Shown here: in pieces, positions 37,380 through 49,987 of the stretch
Numbering within the stretch: position 1 is the first letter of the stretch
How the letters are laid out: every line of letters begins with the position of its first letter
DNA from: Eledone cirrhosa
Taxonomy: Eukaryota
Assembly: GCA_964016885.1 (NCBI GenBank)
Contig: OZ024741.1
Location: 220,162,001 to 220,226,000, forward strand
DNA length: 64,000 nt
Direction: 5' to 3'
Notes under the pieces: model-generated
The model's database searches: none
Told to the model about the DNA's origin: nothing
Seen by the model: the letters and a program-made list of their open reading frames with translations, nothing else
Position numbers and translations under genes: made by a program

Positions 37380-37986
37380 TTGTCTATTACCGGTTTCAGC
37401 ATTTTATGCATTATCAAAGGGAGGAATTTGTATTAGTTTAAAATGTGGGAGAGAAAATAATATGATGTTGAACATGTTAAGGAAATGGGAAAGAAAGAAT
37501 AATATTAATATTATTTACAGGCATAGTTCTTGAGGATAAGCAGTCCAAAATGTGTTATTATGGCCAGAGCGCTTGGTTGGTCCATAATGGAGGCAAATGG
37601 TAGTCTGGCGTTTGATATGATTTCCCTTTTTAGAGAGTTAATATGCAGGGGGAGGTAATTCAGGGTGGTCAGGTAGGGCGGCGAGAAATGAGAGGGGGTA
37701 ATTCATTTATATAAGAAAAAGGATTAGGTAGGGTGTTAGGGAGGTAACTCTTTAGAGAACATAGGGATCGGGCTTTGGTTCATCGTTCGTTCCAGTTTTA
37801 GTTTAGTTCATTAAGTAGAGGTTGGAATTTGTTAATGAAGTACGTTTCTTTATTGGTACGATGGATGAAAGAAGCGTTGTCTTTGAATTTGTAAATGGGG
37901 AAAATTTTAAAGTTTGGATGTTGGTTAGGTGTACAATTGACGATATGTTCACTAAAAGGTAACTTTCTGTATTCCTGTACATACAT
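37380..37986 (-). mobile_element. Penelope-like element 3' fragment (GIY-YIG C-terminus plus 3' region)
   Basis: YRKLPFSEHIVNC...FKIFPIYK...RTNKETYFINKFQPLLN matches the GIY-YIG terminal R...E...I....P.LN motif. Decayed hammerhead remnant (TTGATAA...GAAACCGGTA) at about 37385-37420. Confidence 0.75.
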
Positions 37987-38256
37987 ATTTCCTATACATA
38001 CATAATAAAATTATATATATACATATATATATATATATACTATATATATATATATATATATATATACTATATATATATATATATATATATATAATTGAAA
38101 TAGAAGCTTTCGCCGTATTTTTTACTAAAGAAATGCTAGGCTGATAGTAGGATTCTAAACCCCACTATCAGGCTAAAATTTCTTTTGTCAAAAATAGGGT
38201 GAAAGCTTCTATTTATATTTTCAAACTTTCTCGCTGTTTCAAACCAAACTTACTTG

Positions 38257-38346
<90 letters not shown>

Positions 38347-38584
38347 CGGCGATGAATTTGTTTTGCGAGGTTTTTTATATGAAATCGTCTGTCGAAACAA
38401 ATATTGTTATACTTGGGGAGGGTCATATTTGTGTAATATTGCCAGAAATAATAACAAAATACACTCACTGTTTGGTTGGGTTTCGCGTCTGCACCTTTTA
38501 TATCTCCATAGTTAATTCATTCGGCCATCAATGTTTATCAATGACTGACCAACGGTCAAAAATACAGATAAAAATATATATATG

Positions 38585-39570
38585 TATATATATAAAACTG
38601 ATGTTGTCTGTGTGTGTCCCCTCATTTTTGGAATGTCTATACATATCCACATTTCTACTCTGATTGACTTCAAACTTGCATTTATATATTCCTTGCGGTC
38701 TAAAGATATCTATATATTCCTTGCGGTCTAAAGATATTAACTGAAGCTTTTATTTTTCAATGTTCTGATGTTAAAGCCCCGGTTATCGATCTCCGTCGCA
38801 CCCTTATAATATCTGTCTGTATGTCTGACTGTCTGCATTACGACATTATGACAAACATTGATGACGTGTTATGTTCGCTATTTTCCGTTCATTACCAGGG
38901 AATGCTAACAATCCTGAGACATTCCCACTTACCCCAGTTGCTTTAATATTTTTTTGCAATACTTCCTGATACATAATCACTTAACCCCGTTGCACACCTT
39001 ATTATTGGTGTTAGAACCAAGCCATATGCCCCATTACTTACATAGATAGAAATAATGGATCTTTTTAGAAAGACCCCGCCAAAAAAGATCCCCACATCTA
39101 TGTTAAAAATCACATACGCTGGCGTTAAGCAGTAATTTCTATCTATCTTGGTACAGACAATACAGTGCAGAGGGACGGGATAGTGTTAAGGCAAACTGTC
39201 TTAAGTTAAGTCTTTTTGCAAAGTCTATACAAATCCATATTTCTACTCCGATTGACTTCAAACTTGCATTTATATATTCCTTGCGGTCTAAAGATATTAA
39301 CTGGAGCTTTTATTTTTCAATTTTCTGTTGTTAAAGGCATGTTAGGCGCCTTTTATAGACCTCCGTCTCACCCTTATAATATGTCTGTATGTCTGCTGTC
39401 TGCATTACGGCATTATGACAAACATTGATGATGTATTATGTTCGCTATTTTCTGTTCATTGCCAGGCAACGTATTCACGAACCAAAGTATCGTCTGCCTG
39501 TTTTCCTTCAGTTGCAACATTTTTAGAGATACTAGCAGAAAAACCACCTTTCGGGTGGTTTTCTGCTAGC
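38585..39570 (+). mobile_element. Non-autonomous Helitron-like sequence with internal duplications
   Basis: 5' ..TATATATAAAACTGATGTTGTCTGTGTGTGTC, and a 3' hairpin CCACC TTTC GGGTGG followed by CTGCTAG (39545-39569). About 38635-38900 is repeated at 39225-39465 and about 38910-39210 at 40218-40517. Confidence 0.6.
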
Positions 39571-40032
39571 ATGTGTAGTGTGTATATTGATATTATACGC
39601 AAGTATATATACATGTAGATATGATACGTCAAATAAAATCATAATTGACAATATACATCGAAATTGAACGAAGACTGTCTTATGTAATCAGTAATGTAAT
39701 CCATGACACATCAAAAAAGACGATATTATATATAAACTGTATTAGGAGAAAATTAATGACAGAAAATTAATGTTTATTTAAGCGATCGCCACCGGAAGTG
39801 TTGACATTTGAACATTTTAAAGAAGTTAATCTTTAAATAAATAATAAAATATATTTAATGAACAGCCACGAAATTTAGTAGATAAATTATGTAATATTCA
39901 TTCATTATTTATTCAAAGTAATCCAACTTATTTTACTAATGGGATAAAAAAAATTATAAACCGTACGCAGTCTCGCGCTTCTTACTTTATTATAGTTTAG
40001 ATTAACTTCTGCATTCACAGATTCATTTTTAG

Positions 40033-40083
40033 AGTTTCAGAAGATCCCGTTAAGGGTGAAAGCAGCGATTCTTTGCTTAAACT
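40033..40083 (+). ncRNA. Variant type I hammerhead-like motif (CAGAAGA core)
   Basis: AGTTT CAGAAGA T CCC GTTAA GGG T GAAA GCA...TGC TT AAACT. Confidence 0.55.
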
Positions 40084-40737
40084 TTAATCTGTTATTTTAA
40101 TATATAATATAAGCGAGCCAAGCCAGCCCAGGTTAACAATTGCACTTGAGAATACTTTTCCGACGGTCGGCTTATTTTTCAATCAGTAAGTGTCATTTAC
40201 TAATTTTTTGGCTAAAAATCCTGAGACATTCCCACTTACCCCTGTTGCTTTAATATTGTTTTGCAATACTTCCTGAGACATAATCACTTACCCTCGTTGT
40301 ACACCTTATTATTGGTGTTAGTACCAAACCATATGCCCCATTACGTACATAGATAGAAATAATGGATCTTTTTAGAAAGCCCCCACCAAAACATATCCCC
40401 ACATCTATGTTAAAAATCACATACGCTGGCGTTAAGCGGTAATTTCTGTCAATCTTGGTACAGACAATACAGTGCAGAGGGGCGGGATAGTGTTAAGGCA
40501 AACTGTCTTAAGTTAAGCCGACAATTGTAGTTTTTGAGGCACGGTAGAAGGGCATAGGGTTAAGGACTGATGCATACACTTATGGTTGTTCGACAATCGG
40601 TCACAACTAACCTATTACCCAAGTGAATTTTAGACTGAAAACTATTAACCTCAACTAACCTAAGCATGAGAAGATACTTAAACTTACTAGTTTTCTGCAT
40701 CCACAAGTTATCGCTGTTGTTTAATAGATCCTAGGCT

Positions 40738-43700
40738 ATGCCCCCACAGAAGAGAGTTTGCTTCGGAAGAAAAACACCCTTTTCAAAAGGACTGCAAAGG
40801 AGGAGAGCAAATGAACAGCCCCTAGAAATTGCTATTAGGCCATTGAAAAACGATGTACCAACACCCACTGTTCGAACTGCTGAGCGTGACGGACAGCATG
40901 ACCTTAGACTGGCAACAAATGATTTAACAGAAACCGACGTCCGATCTGCTGAGAATGACGACCAGTGTGTCCTACGAAAAGCACGAAATGCTGCATTAAA
41001 AGCTGCTGCCCGAGCTGCTGAGACTGCAGAACAGCGTTACCTGCGTATAAGAAAAAAATGCAGCATCAACTGCTGCCAATCAAGCTGCTGAGAGTGCAGA
41101 ATAGCGTGCCCTACGTCTAACAAAAAATGCTGCATCAACTGCTGCCTCCCGAGCTGCTGAGAGTGCAGAACAGCGTGCCCTACATCAAACAGAAAATGCT
41201 GCGTCAAATGCTGCCACCCGTGCTGCTGAGAGTGCAGAACAGCGTGCCTTGCGTGTGGCAGGAGATACTGCATCAACTGCTACCGCCCGAGCTGCTGAGA
41301 CCTCCGACGCCCGATGGGATCTCCTGGAGAGTATCGCCCAGCGTAGAAATACTCGGTAGGGTGTTTCAGGGCCATGTAGTTCAAGATTTGAATATAGGCC
41401 CGACAGCGATTATGCTAACCATCCAGACATGTCAATTTCCAGTATGCGAGATACTTGCAAATTTTGCTCTGTGAATAAGTGGCCAGGAGAAGCAGCCGGC
41501 ATCTGTTGCGCAAGTGGAAAGGTCAAATTACCCGCTCTAGAGGATCCGCCTCAGCCATTGCTGCTGCTTCTTACAGGCACAACCCCAGAATCAAAGCATT
41601 TCCTAAGTAATACCAGAAAGTACAACTGTGCCTTTCAAATGACTTCTTTCGGGGCGAATATCGTTAGGGAAGGTGGGTTTATGCCTACGTTTAAAGTCCA
41701 GGGGCAGGTTTACCATAGGATAAGACCACTTCAGCCCGTTGCGAACCAAGGGTCTCAGTTTCTTCAACTGTACTTCGTTGGCAGCTACCAAGAGCAAGCG
41801 AGAAGACGAAACACTATATCACCCGGCATTAATTTCGAGCTGACATTGCAGCTCCAAGAGATGTTACATGCAAAATACAGTTATGTGCAGAGTTTTAAGT
41901 ATGCGTTAGAAACAGCATCAATCCCCAATTTTAATGTTGTCATTAATGCTGACAAATAGCCATCTGGAAAGCATGATGGCCGCTATAATCCGCCTACATG
42001 CAACGAAATCGCCATTGTGCTTGAAGATGAGCAGCAAAATCCAAGGGACATCGTTCTCATGTGTCGTGACAACACTCTTAAGCGAATCAGCGAAACCCAC
42101 AGATCCTACAACGCGCTACAATACCCCTTGCTCTTTGTGAATGGAGAAGACGGTTACCATTTGGGCATTCACCAGCGTAATCCCCACAGACCAGACGGTG
42201 CAGCAGCAAAACAAGTTTCCTGCATGGAGTTCTACGCATACTGCTTCATGACCCGAAGCAACTGCCTGAATCATTTCCACAGTTCACGCGAGCTATTCCA
42301 TCAATTTGCAGTTGACATGTGCGCCAAGATGGAGCCTGAGAGGCTGCGCTACATCAAGTACAACCAACAAAAGTTGCGTTCAGAGAGTTACATTCACCTT
42401 CGAGATGGTATCAACAATGACGTTGTTCCGGGAGACTTAGGGCAGGTGTGCATTTTGCCTTCCATTTTCACCGGGGGTCGGCGGTATATCCATGAGACGA
42501 CGCAAGATGCCATGACATATGTGCGCCACTACGGTCGGCCCGATTTATTCATTACCTTTACCTGCAACTCCAAGTGGAAGGAGATCGAGGCTGAACTCTT
42601 CCAAGGCCAAAAGGCCAAAGACAGGCATGGCCTTCTAGCCAGGATCTTCCGACTGAAGTTACAGAAACTCATGGACCTTAACAAGAAAGGGTAGTTATTT
42701 GGGCCTGTAATAGGTGACATGTACACAGTTGAGTGGCAAAAAAGGGGTCTGCCACATGCCAATATTCTTGCCACATTGACAGGCTTATCTCTGCAGAACT
42801 CCCCAACTCCTCTGTTGACAAAGACCTCTTTGACATAGTGCGGGCAAACATGGTTCATAGTCCATGCGGGCGTGGATTTAACCTACACCCACCATGCTTG
42901 AGAGATTCGGCTTGCAGCAAAAAATTTCCGAAGCAGTTTCTTCGAGAGACCCATACCGGCAAAGACGGATACCCACTGTACAGACGAAGAAAGCCGGAAG
43001 ATGGCGGGTTTACAGTGCATATTGGGCCATACGAAGTAGACAACAGGTGGATAGTGCCATACTGCCCTATTCTGTCCAAGGCGTTCAATGCTCACGTTAA
43101 CGTAGAGTTTTGCAACTCTGTGAAGTCCATCAAATATGTCTGCAAGTACATCAATAAGGGCTCAGACGCTGCTATGTTTGGCCTGCAGCAAGACGGCAAA
43201 CGGGACGAAGTTGCACAGTACCAAGTGGGTAGGTACATAAGCAGTAACGAGGCCTTCTGGCGCATTTTCGGTTTCCCCTTGCATCAAAGGCACACACGCA
43301 TCCAACAACTTGCTGTTCACCTTGGAAACGGTCAACGCGTATACTTCACTGCTTCCACAGCTGCTTGATTGGTCGAGGAATCGAAGGACACTACCCTCAC
43401 TGCCTTCTTTAACCTTTGTTAAGTCGATCCATTCGCCCAAACCTTGCTGTATCCACAGGTGCCGTCCTATTAAATCTGGGGAAAAAAGGAAATAGCAACG
43501 GAGGAAGAAGGGTCAAAACGTTGATGGATACCCTGCCATTAAATTTGACAGTTGCCTCGGGAGAGTTTACACAGTTCATCCAAGCCAACAAGAGTGTTTC
43601 TACCTTCGTCTGCTACTTCATGAGGTTAGGGGACAACGTCTTACCAACATTTGAAAACAGTCAACGGTCGGCTTTGCGCTACTTTCAGAGAGACCTGCTT

Positions 43701-45450
43701 AATACATGGACTGTTAGAAGACTGCACACAGTGGGATGCTACGCTCGCGGAGGCTGCCGTTTCACAGTCGCCGACAATTCACAGGGCTCTCTTTGCAGTG
43801 CTTCTGCACATTTGCGAAGGCTAAGGTCCCGTCTCTCTGTGGTTGAATTATAGAGATGCCCTGGCGGAAGACTTTTACCTCCAAGCACAATTGTGGTATC
43901 CTAGCCTTGATGCTGCCAGTGACGACGTCTACAACTGTGCTTTGATTGGCGTGGAAAACAGGACTGTTTCACTGGGTGGGAATACTTTGCCAAGGTACGG
44001 GCTGCCGCAACCTGTACGGACAGGGATGGATAACCTTCCGACAGAGCTCATTCGCGAAACAGCCTATTATATTGAGGCTCTTGCCCAATACGCCCGTGAA
44101 ACAGAGCCAAAACTCCTTCCGGGACAGCATCGGGCCTACAACACTATTTTCGACCATGTGCGAAACCGGAAATAGGGAATCTTCTTCCTAGATACACCTG
44201 GAGGGACAGGAAAAACGTTTCTAACTAAGCTTCTTCTAGCCAAAGTGAGGCAGCACAAGGACATCGCGTTAGCCGCGGCATCCTCTGGTATTTCTGCAAC
44301 TTTGTTACCCGGCGGTAGGACCTTTTTTAAGCTCCCCCTGAACTAGGCGACATCGGAAACACCGTCTTGCAGCATTAGCAAAACTTCGGACAAGGGACTG
44401 GTTCTCCGAAGGTGTCAGCTCATAGTGTGGGATGAATGTACCATGGCCCATAAAGGAGCTCTGGAAGCATTAAACACTACTTTGCAGCAAAACATCAGAG
44501 ACTGCCAGACTGCGATGGGAGGTGTCACCCTTCTCCTATCCGGCGACTTCCGACAGACCCTTCCCGTTATTCCCAAGGGAACTAGGGCAGATGAAGTCCG
44601 GGCGTGCCTCAAGTCCGCTCCGTTGTGACAAAAGGTAACAACGTTGACCCTGACAACTAACATGAGAGCCGAACTGCACGGCGACCAACTGGCAGCAGAG
44701 TTTGCTTCGGATATTTTGTCACTTGGCGATGGCAAGATCACCCTCGATGGAGATGGCGAATTGTCACTCAGTCCGATTTGTACCACTGTCAACACAGTCG
44801 AGGACCTCAAGTCTCGTGTTTCCCAGTCTTCCTGATAACTACCAAGATGTGAATTGGTTATGCGAAAGAGCTATTTTAGCTCCAAAAAACAGCACAGTGA
44901 ACGCTATCAACGAGCAACTGTTGCAATCTCTTCCCTGAAGGCTGCATATTTACAAGTCTGTTGATACAGTCCCCGACCAAGACCAAGCGGTAAACTACCC
45001 TGTTGAATTCCTCAATTCGCTAGAACCTCCTGGACTGCCTACTCATAGACTGGGACTAAAAATTGGAACTCCAATAATGCTTCTTAGGAATTTGGACCCT
45101 CCAAAACTTTGCAACGGCACACATCTGGTTATAAAGAAGGTAATGCGCACGTCGTTGAAGCCACCATTATTTCAGGGTGTGGAAAAGGAGAGGATGTGTT
45201 CGTTCCCAGAATACCACTCATTCCATCAGGTGAAGAAATTCCGTTTACCTTCACACGCCTTCAATTTCAGCTTAGCATAAGTTTTGCTATGTCTATCAAC
45301 AAGTCCCAGGGGCAGGACTTCACTTGGTAAAATCATGCTTCTCACACGGTTAACTATACGTAGGCTGCTCCAGAGTGGGGAACAAAGGAAGTTTTTTCGC
45401 GTACACTACACGAGGGAAAACAAAGTACATTGTCTACCAAGAGGTTTTAC
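40738..45450 (+). pseudogene. Helitron RepHel transposase (HUH Rep plus PIF1-type helicase), many frameshifts and stops
   Basis: CKFC...[115 protein letters not shown] and FAMSINKSQGQ, in the canonical order. Confidence 0.95.
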
Positions 45451-45764
45451 GCCAACATGTCATGTGCGCTAAAACGGACTAATTCAAGGTAAGGTTTTAT
45501 ACTACTGCTCCTATACAATTTCGAATTTACACCTTCATATTACCATCCTTCCTTCAATCAGGTATAAGGCAGGAATTCGAAAACAACCACAAGCAGAAGG
45601 AATGACCAGAAAGAGCTCGGATGAAACCTTCCATAGTTTTCCCCTACATCAAACTGCCACTGCTATATCCTCCGCAGATTGACACGTTGTAAGCAATGCT
45701 AATGTTACTGATGCTACATAGGACTCCCATTACCATCCGCAGTAGTCAGTTTATTGAGGTTTTG

Positions 45765-46025
45765 GGGGTTTTTGGACGGCAAATCCGAGACCCTTCTGTT
45801 TCATTATTTCAGGGTGTGGAAAAGGAGAGGATGTGTCTGCCCCTGGGACTTGTTGATAGACATGGCAAAACTTATGCGAAGCGGAAATTGAAGGCGTCTG
45901 AAGGTAAACGGAATTTCTTCACCTGATGGAATGAGTGGTATTCTGGGAACGAACACATCCTCTCCTTTTCCACACCCTGAAATAATGAAACAGAAGGGTC
46001 TCGGATTTGCCGTCCAAAAACCCCA
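45765..46025. repeat. Inverted repeat enclosing a minus-strand Helitron helicase fragment
   Basis: 45765-45836 is the reverse complement of about 45953-46025. The minus strand encodes [20 protein letters not shown]...[22 protein letters not shown]. Confidence 0.85.
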
Positions 46026-46167
46026 TTGACAATAACGAAAACTGCTAACATCAACGCAGAATAATACATTGTAGGTCGATTTAACCCGTCTTTTATTAAT
46101 AAAAAAAACTTCTTGCCAATAAACATTAACCCTTTGTGCGTCATTCATCTAACTGTAGACCAACATA

Positions 46168-46908
46168 TCTATATATCTAAAACAGAGAATATCTGTCTGT
46201 CTGTCCAATCACTAAAACTCGAGAACCACCCACCCGAGTTTTTTCAAACTTTACACAAGTAATACTTATGGTCCTGTGAGTGTTTTGAGAAAAAAAACTT
46301 AAAATGTTCAATGCCCTAGGGACCGTATTAGGCGATTTAGCGATCTCTCTCTATAACTCTTAGTCTTTCTCTTTTTAGATAGATACTTAGATATAACGTT
46401 GCGCCCTTATAATATCTGTCTGTATGCCTGGCTGTCTGCATTACATCATTATAACGTAGCTGTGTGTGTGTGAGTATGTATATATATAGTGTGTATATAT
46501 ATATAGTGTGTAACGTTTTTCGAAATATTTACTTCTGCGTTCACAGATTAATTTTTTTATTTTAGTTTCAGAAGATCCCGTTAAGGGTGAAAGCAGCGAT
46601 TCGTTGCTTAAACTTTAATCTGTTATTTTAATATATATATATATATATATAATTATATATTCGTGTACAGATATGTTTGCATACACAATAACAAAACATA
46701 AACAAACGTATTTATTTCACGAGGTTCGATAAGGATAAATATATATGATTTTAGCATACAAAATATAAACAAAAGTATTTATTTCGCGATAAAGTATTGA
46801 TTTTCTCCGCACGGAAAAAAAACCTGGAAATGTACGACGAATTATATATATTTCAAATATATATGAACCCTAGAGCAAATCCCGAGCAACGCCGGGCCAT
46901 TCTGCTAG
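46168..46908 (+). mobile_element. Non-autonomous Helitron / Helitron 3' terminus
   Basis: Starts A|TCTATATATCTAAAA...(TCTG)n. Ends with hairpin CCCGAGCAACGCCGGG then CTAG|T (46905-46908). Confidence 0.75.
46564..46614 (+). ncRNA. Variant type I hammerhead-like motif (CAGAAGA core), best-paired copy
   Basis: AGTTT CAGAAGA T CCC GTTAA GGG T GAAA GCAGCG ATT CGTTGC TT AAACT: all three stems pair. Confidence 0.62.
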
Positions 46909-46914
46909 TATAGT

Positions 46915-47850
46915 CTAACAAAGTTCTTTCGTTGCACATCTGCAACATCATCAGTGGTACTATTATCATGTTTCTCCCTATTGTATTGTATTATGTCTAC
47001 GCCATTTTTATTTTATCTATTTATTTATTTATTTTTGTCTCAGTCTCTGCGCATGCGTTTGCGTGTGTGTATAGTATTTGGTGTGTGTGTTCGCGTTTGG
47101 TTGTATGTGTTTTGTTTTTTTAATCTATCTTTGTTTATTAGTGTGTGTTTATATGTGTTTGTTGTTATTGTACTTCTGTATATATTTAATATTTATTTAT
47201 TTATTTATTTATTTATATTTCTCTTAAGTCAGTATTGTTTGTTTGGGTGTTGTTATTCCATTCATTTGTTCAATTTAACTTTGGCCTTCTAAGTTCTATT
47301 TCGCTGGTCTCTATGATTTGCCTATCTACTGGGTCATTTCTATGTTTAGATATTATTTTAATTTCTATGTTGTCTATGTTACCGTCATGTTGTTGTCTGG
47401 CGTGTTCGTATAGTACTGAACCGTTTTTTTTTTTTGTCCTTTTAATCTCCCCAGTGTTGGTCTATTCTTTCTCCTATGCTTCGAGCTGTCTCACCTATGT
47501 ATGTCGTTGTCATGTTTCTGCAAGTACCCTCTGTACATCTTATGCTACAGTCTACATTTCTAGTTTGACAGTTTATCTGGGGGCTTACTTTACATATAAC
47601 ACATTTCTTAAAGGGGTATGTTTTGCTGATCAGGGATTTTATGGTATTTCCTGGCTTTTCTACCACTTTAATCTTTAGGTAGATCTTTCTTAGGGCCTTT
47701 CTACATTGGTTAGCTAGTTTCTCCACAGGGGTAGCATCCACCGACAACACACACTGGTATCTCTGGTTGTCGTACCATGAGGTGGCTTTCCCTATCTCAT
47801 GTTTAGTCCTATCTAAGCTATTCCATGATTTGCTCCTGTATAATGGGGAA
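46915..47850 (-). mobile_element. Penelope-like element fragment (linker plus GIY-YIG start) with a downstream hammerhead-like motif
   Basis: [15 protein letters not shown]...CVIC......C.TRNV...I.C....C....[16 protein letters not shown]. At 46918-46958 the minus strand reads CA CTGATGA T GTTGCA GATG TGCAAC GAAA GAAC TT TG. Confidence 0.82.
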
Positions 47851-48033
<183 letters not shown>

Positions 48034-48034
48034 C

Positions 48035-48079
<45 letters not shown>

Positions 48080-48362
48080 GCACGTTAGACATATATAAAC
48101 ATGTTCTTGTGCCTTCTCTTGTACATGATATGCGACTGCCCTAGCAGCAATTTGCTACACTGAATATGAATTACCTCCTTTTACCACACAGCTCCTGAGC
48201 CAGCTGTATTGATAACAGTTGAATGAGGTGGGAATCTGATTGTGACGTATGATGTATGAAAACTGTTATCTCATGATTGGGGAATATCACATTCTACACT
48301 CTACACTGACTTGTCGACTGCAGATGACAGACTATATGTTGTAGATTTGATGGTTGTAGTTA

Positions 48363-48468
<106 letters not shown>

Positions 48469-48545
48469 GGTGGTGGTGGTGGTGGTGGTGGTGGTGGTGG
48501 TGGTGGTGGTGGTGGTGGTATCAGCACCAGTAGTAGTAGTAGTAG

Positions 48546-48602
<57 letters not shown>

Positions 48603-48650
48603 TGTAGTAGTAATAGTAGTAGTGGTAGTAGTAGTAGTAGTAGTAGTAGG

Positions 48651-48682
<32 letters not shown>

Positions 48683-48756
48683 AGAATAACGAAATGATTT
48701 AGCAGTTTGCTTGGCAATCATAAGATCTCGGATACAATTTCTCTGCATGTCATTTA

Positions 48757-49987
48757 CCACACAGCCTTGTATCAAGCCATGCCTTATGTCAGATGGACTG
48801 TACCTGTAATTCAAACGGCGACCCTTACCCCACACAGCCTTGTATCAGGCCATGCCTTATGTCAGATGGACTGTACCTGTAATTCAAACGGCGACCCTTA
48901 CCCCACACAGCCTTGTATCAGGCCATGTCTTATGTCAGATGGACTGTACCTGTAATTCAAACGGCGACCCTTACCCCACACAGCCTTGTATCAGGCCATG
49001 CCTTATGTCAGATGGACTGTACCTGTAATTCAAACGGCGAACCTTACCCCACACAGCCTTGTATCAAGCCATGCCTTATGTCAGATGGACTGTACCTGTA
49101 ATTCAAACGGCGACCCTTACCCCACACAGCCTTGTATCAAGCCATGCCTTATGTCAGATGGACTGTACCTGTAATTCAAACGGCGAACCTTACCCCACAC
49201 AGCCTTGTATCAAGCCATGCCTTATGTCAGATGGACTGTACCTGTAATTCAAACGGCGACCCTTACCCCACACAGCCTTGTATCAAGCCATGCCTTATGT
49301 CAGATGGACTGTACCTGTAATTCAAACGGCAAACCTTACCCCACACAGCCTTGTATCAAGCCATGCCTTATGTCAGATGGACTGTACCTGTAATTCAAAC
49401 GGCGAACCTTACCCCACACAGCCTTGTATCAAGCCATGCCTTATGTCAGATGGACTGTACCTGTAATTCAAACGGCGACCCTTACCCCACACAGCCTTGT
49501 ATCAAGCCATGCCTTATGTCAGATGGACTGTACCTGTAATTCAAACGGCAAACCTTACCCCACACAGCCTTGTATCAAGCCATGCCTTATGTCAGATGGA
49601 CTGTACCTGTAATTCAAACGGCGAACCTTACCCCACACAGCCTTGTATCAAGCCATGCCTTATGTCAGATGGACTGTACCTGTAATTCAAACGGCGACCC
49701 TTACCCCACACAGCCTTGTATCAAGCCATGCCTTATGTCAGATGGACTGTACCTGTAATTCAAACGGCAAACCTTACCCCACACAGCCTTGTATCAGGCC
49801 ATGTCTTATGTCAGATGGACTGTACCTGTAATTCAAACGGCGAACCTTACCCCACACAGCCTTGTATCAAGCCATGTCTTATGTCAGATGGACTGTACCT
49901 GTAATTCAAACGGCGAACCTTACCCCACACAGCCTTGTATCAAGCCATGTCTTATGTCAGATGGACTGTACCTGTAATTCAAACGGC
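48757..49987. repeat. 73-bp tandem minisatellite, about 17 copies
   Basis: Unit CCACACAGCCTTGTATCAAGCCATGCCTTATGTCAGATGGACTGTACCTGTAATTCAAACGGCGACCCTTACC. ORF calls recur every 73 nt. Confidence 0.97.

Noticed and set aside
48707-49977. Series of near-identical 62-aa ORFs
   Set aside because: Artefact of a 73-bp period cycling through reading frames.
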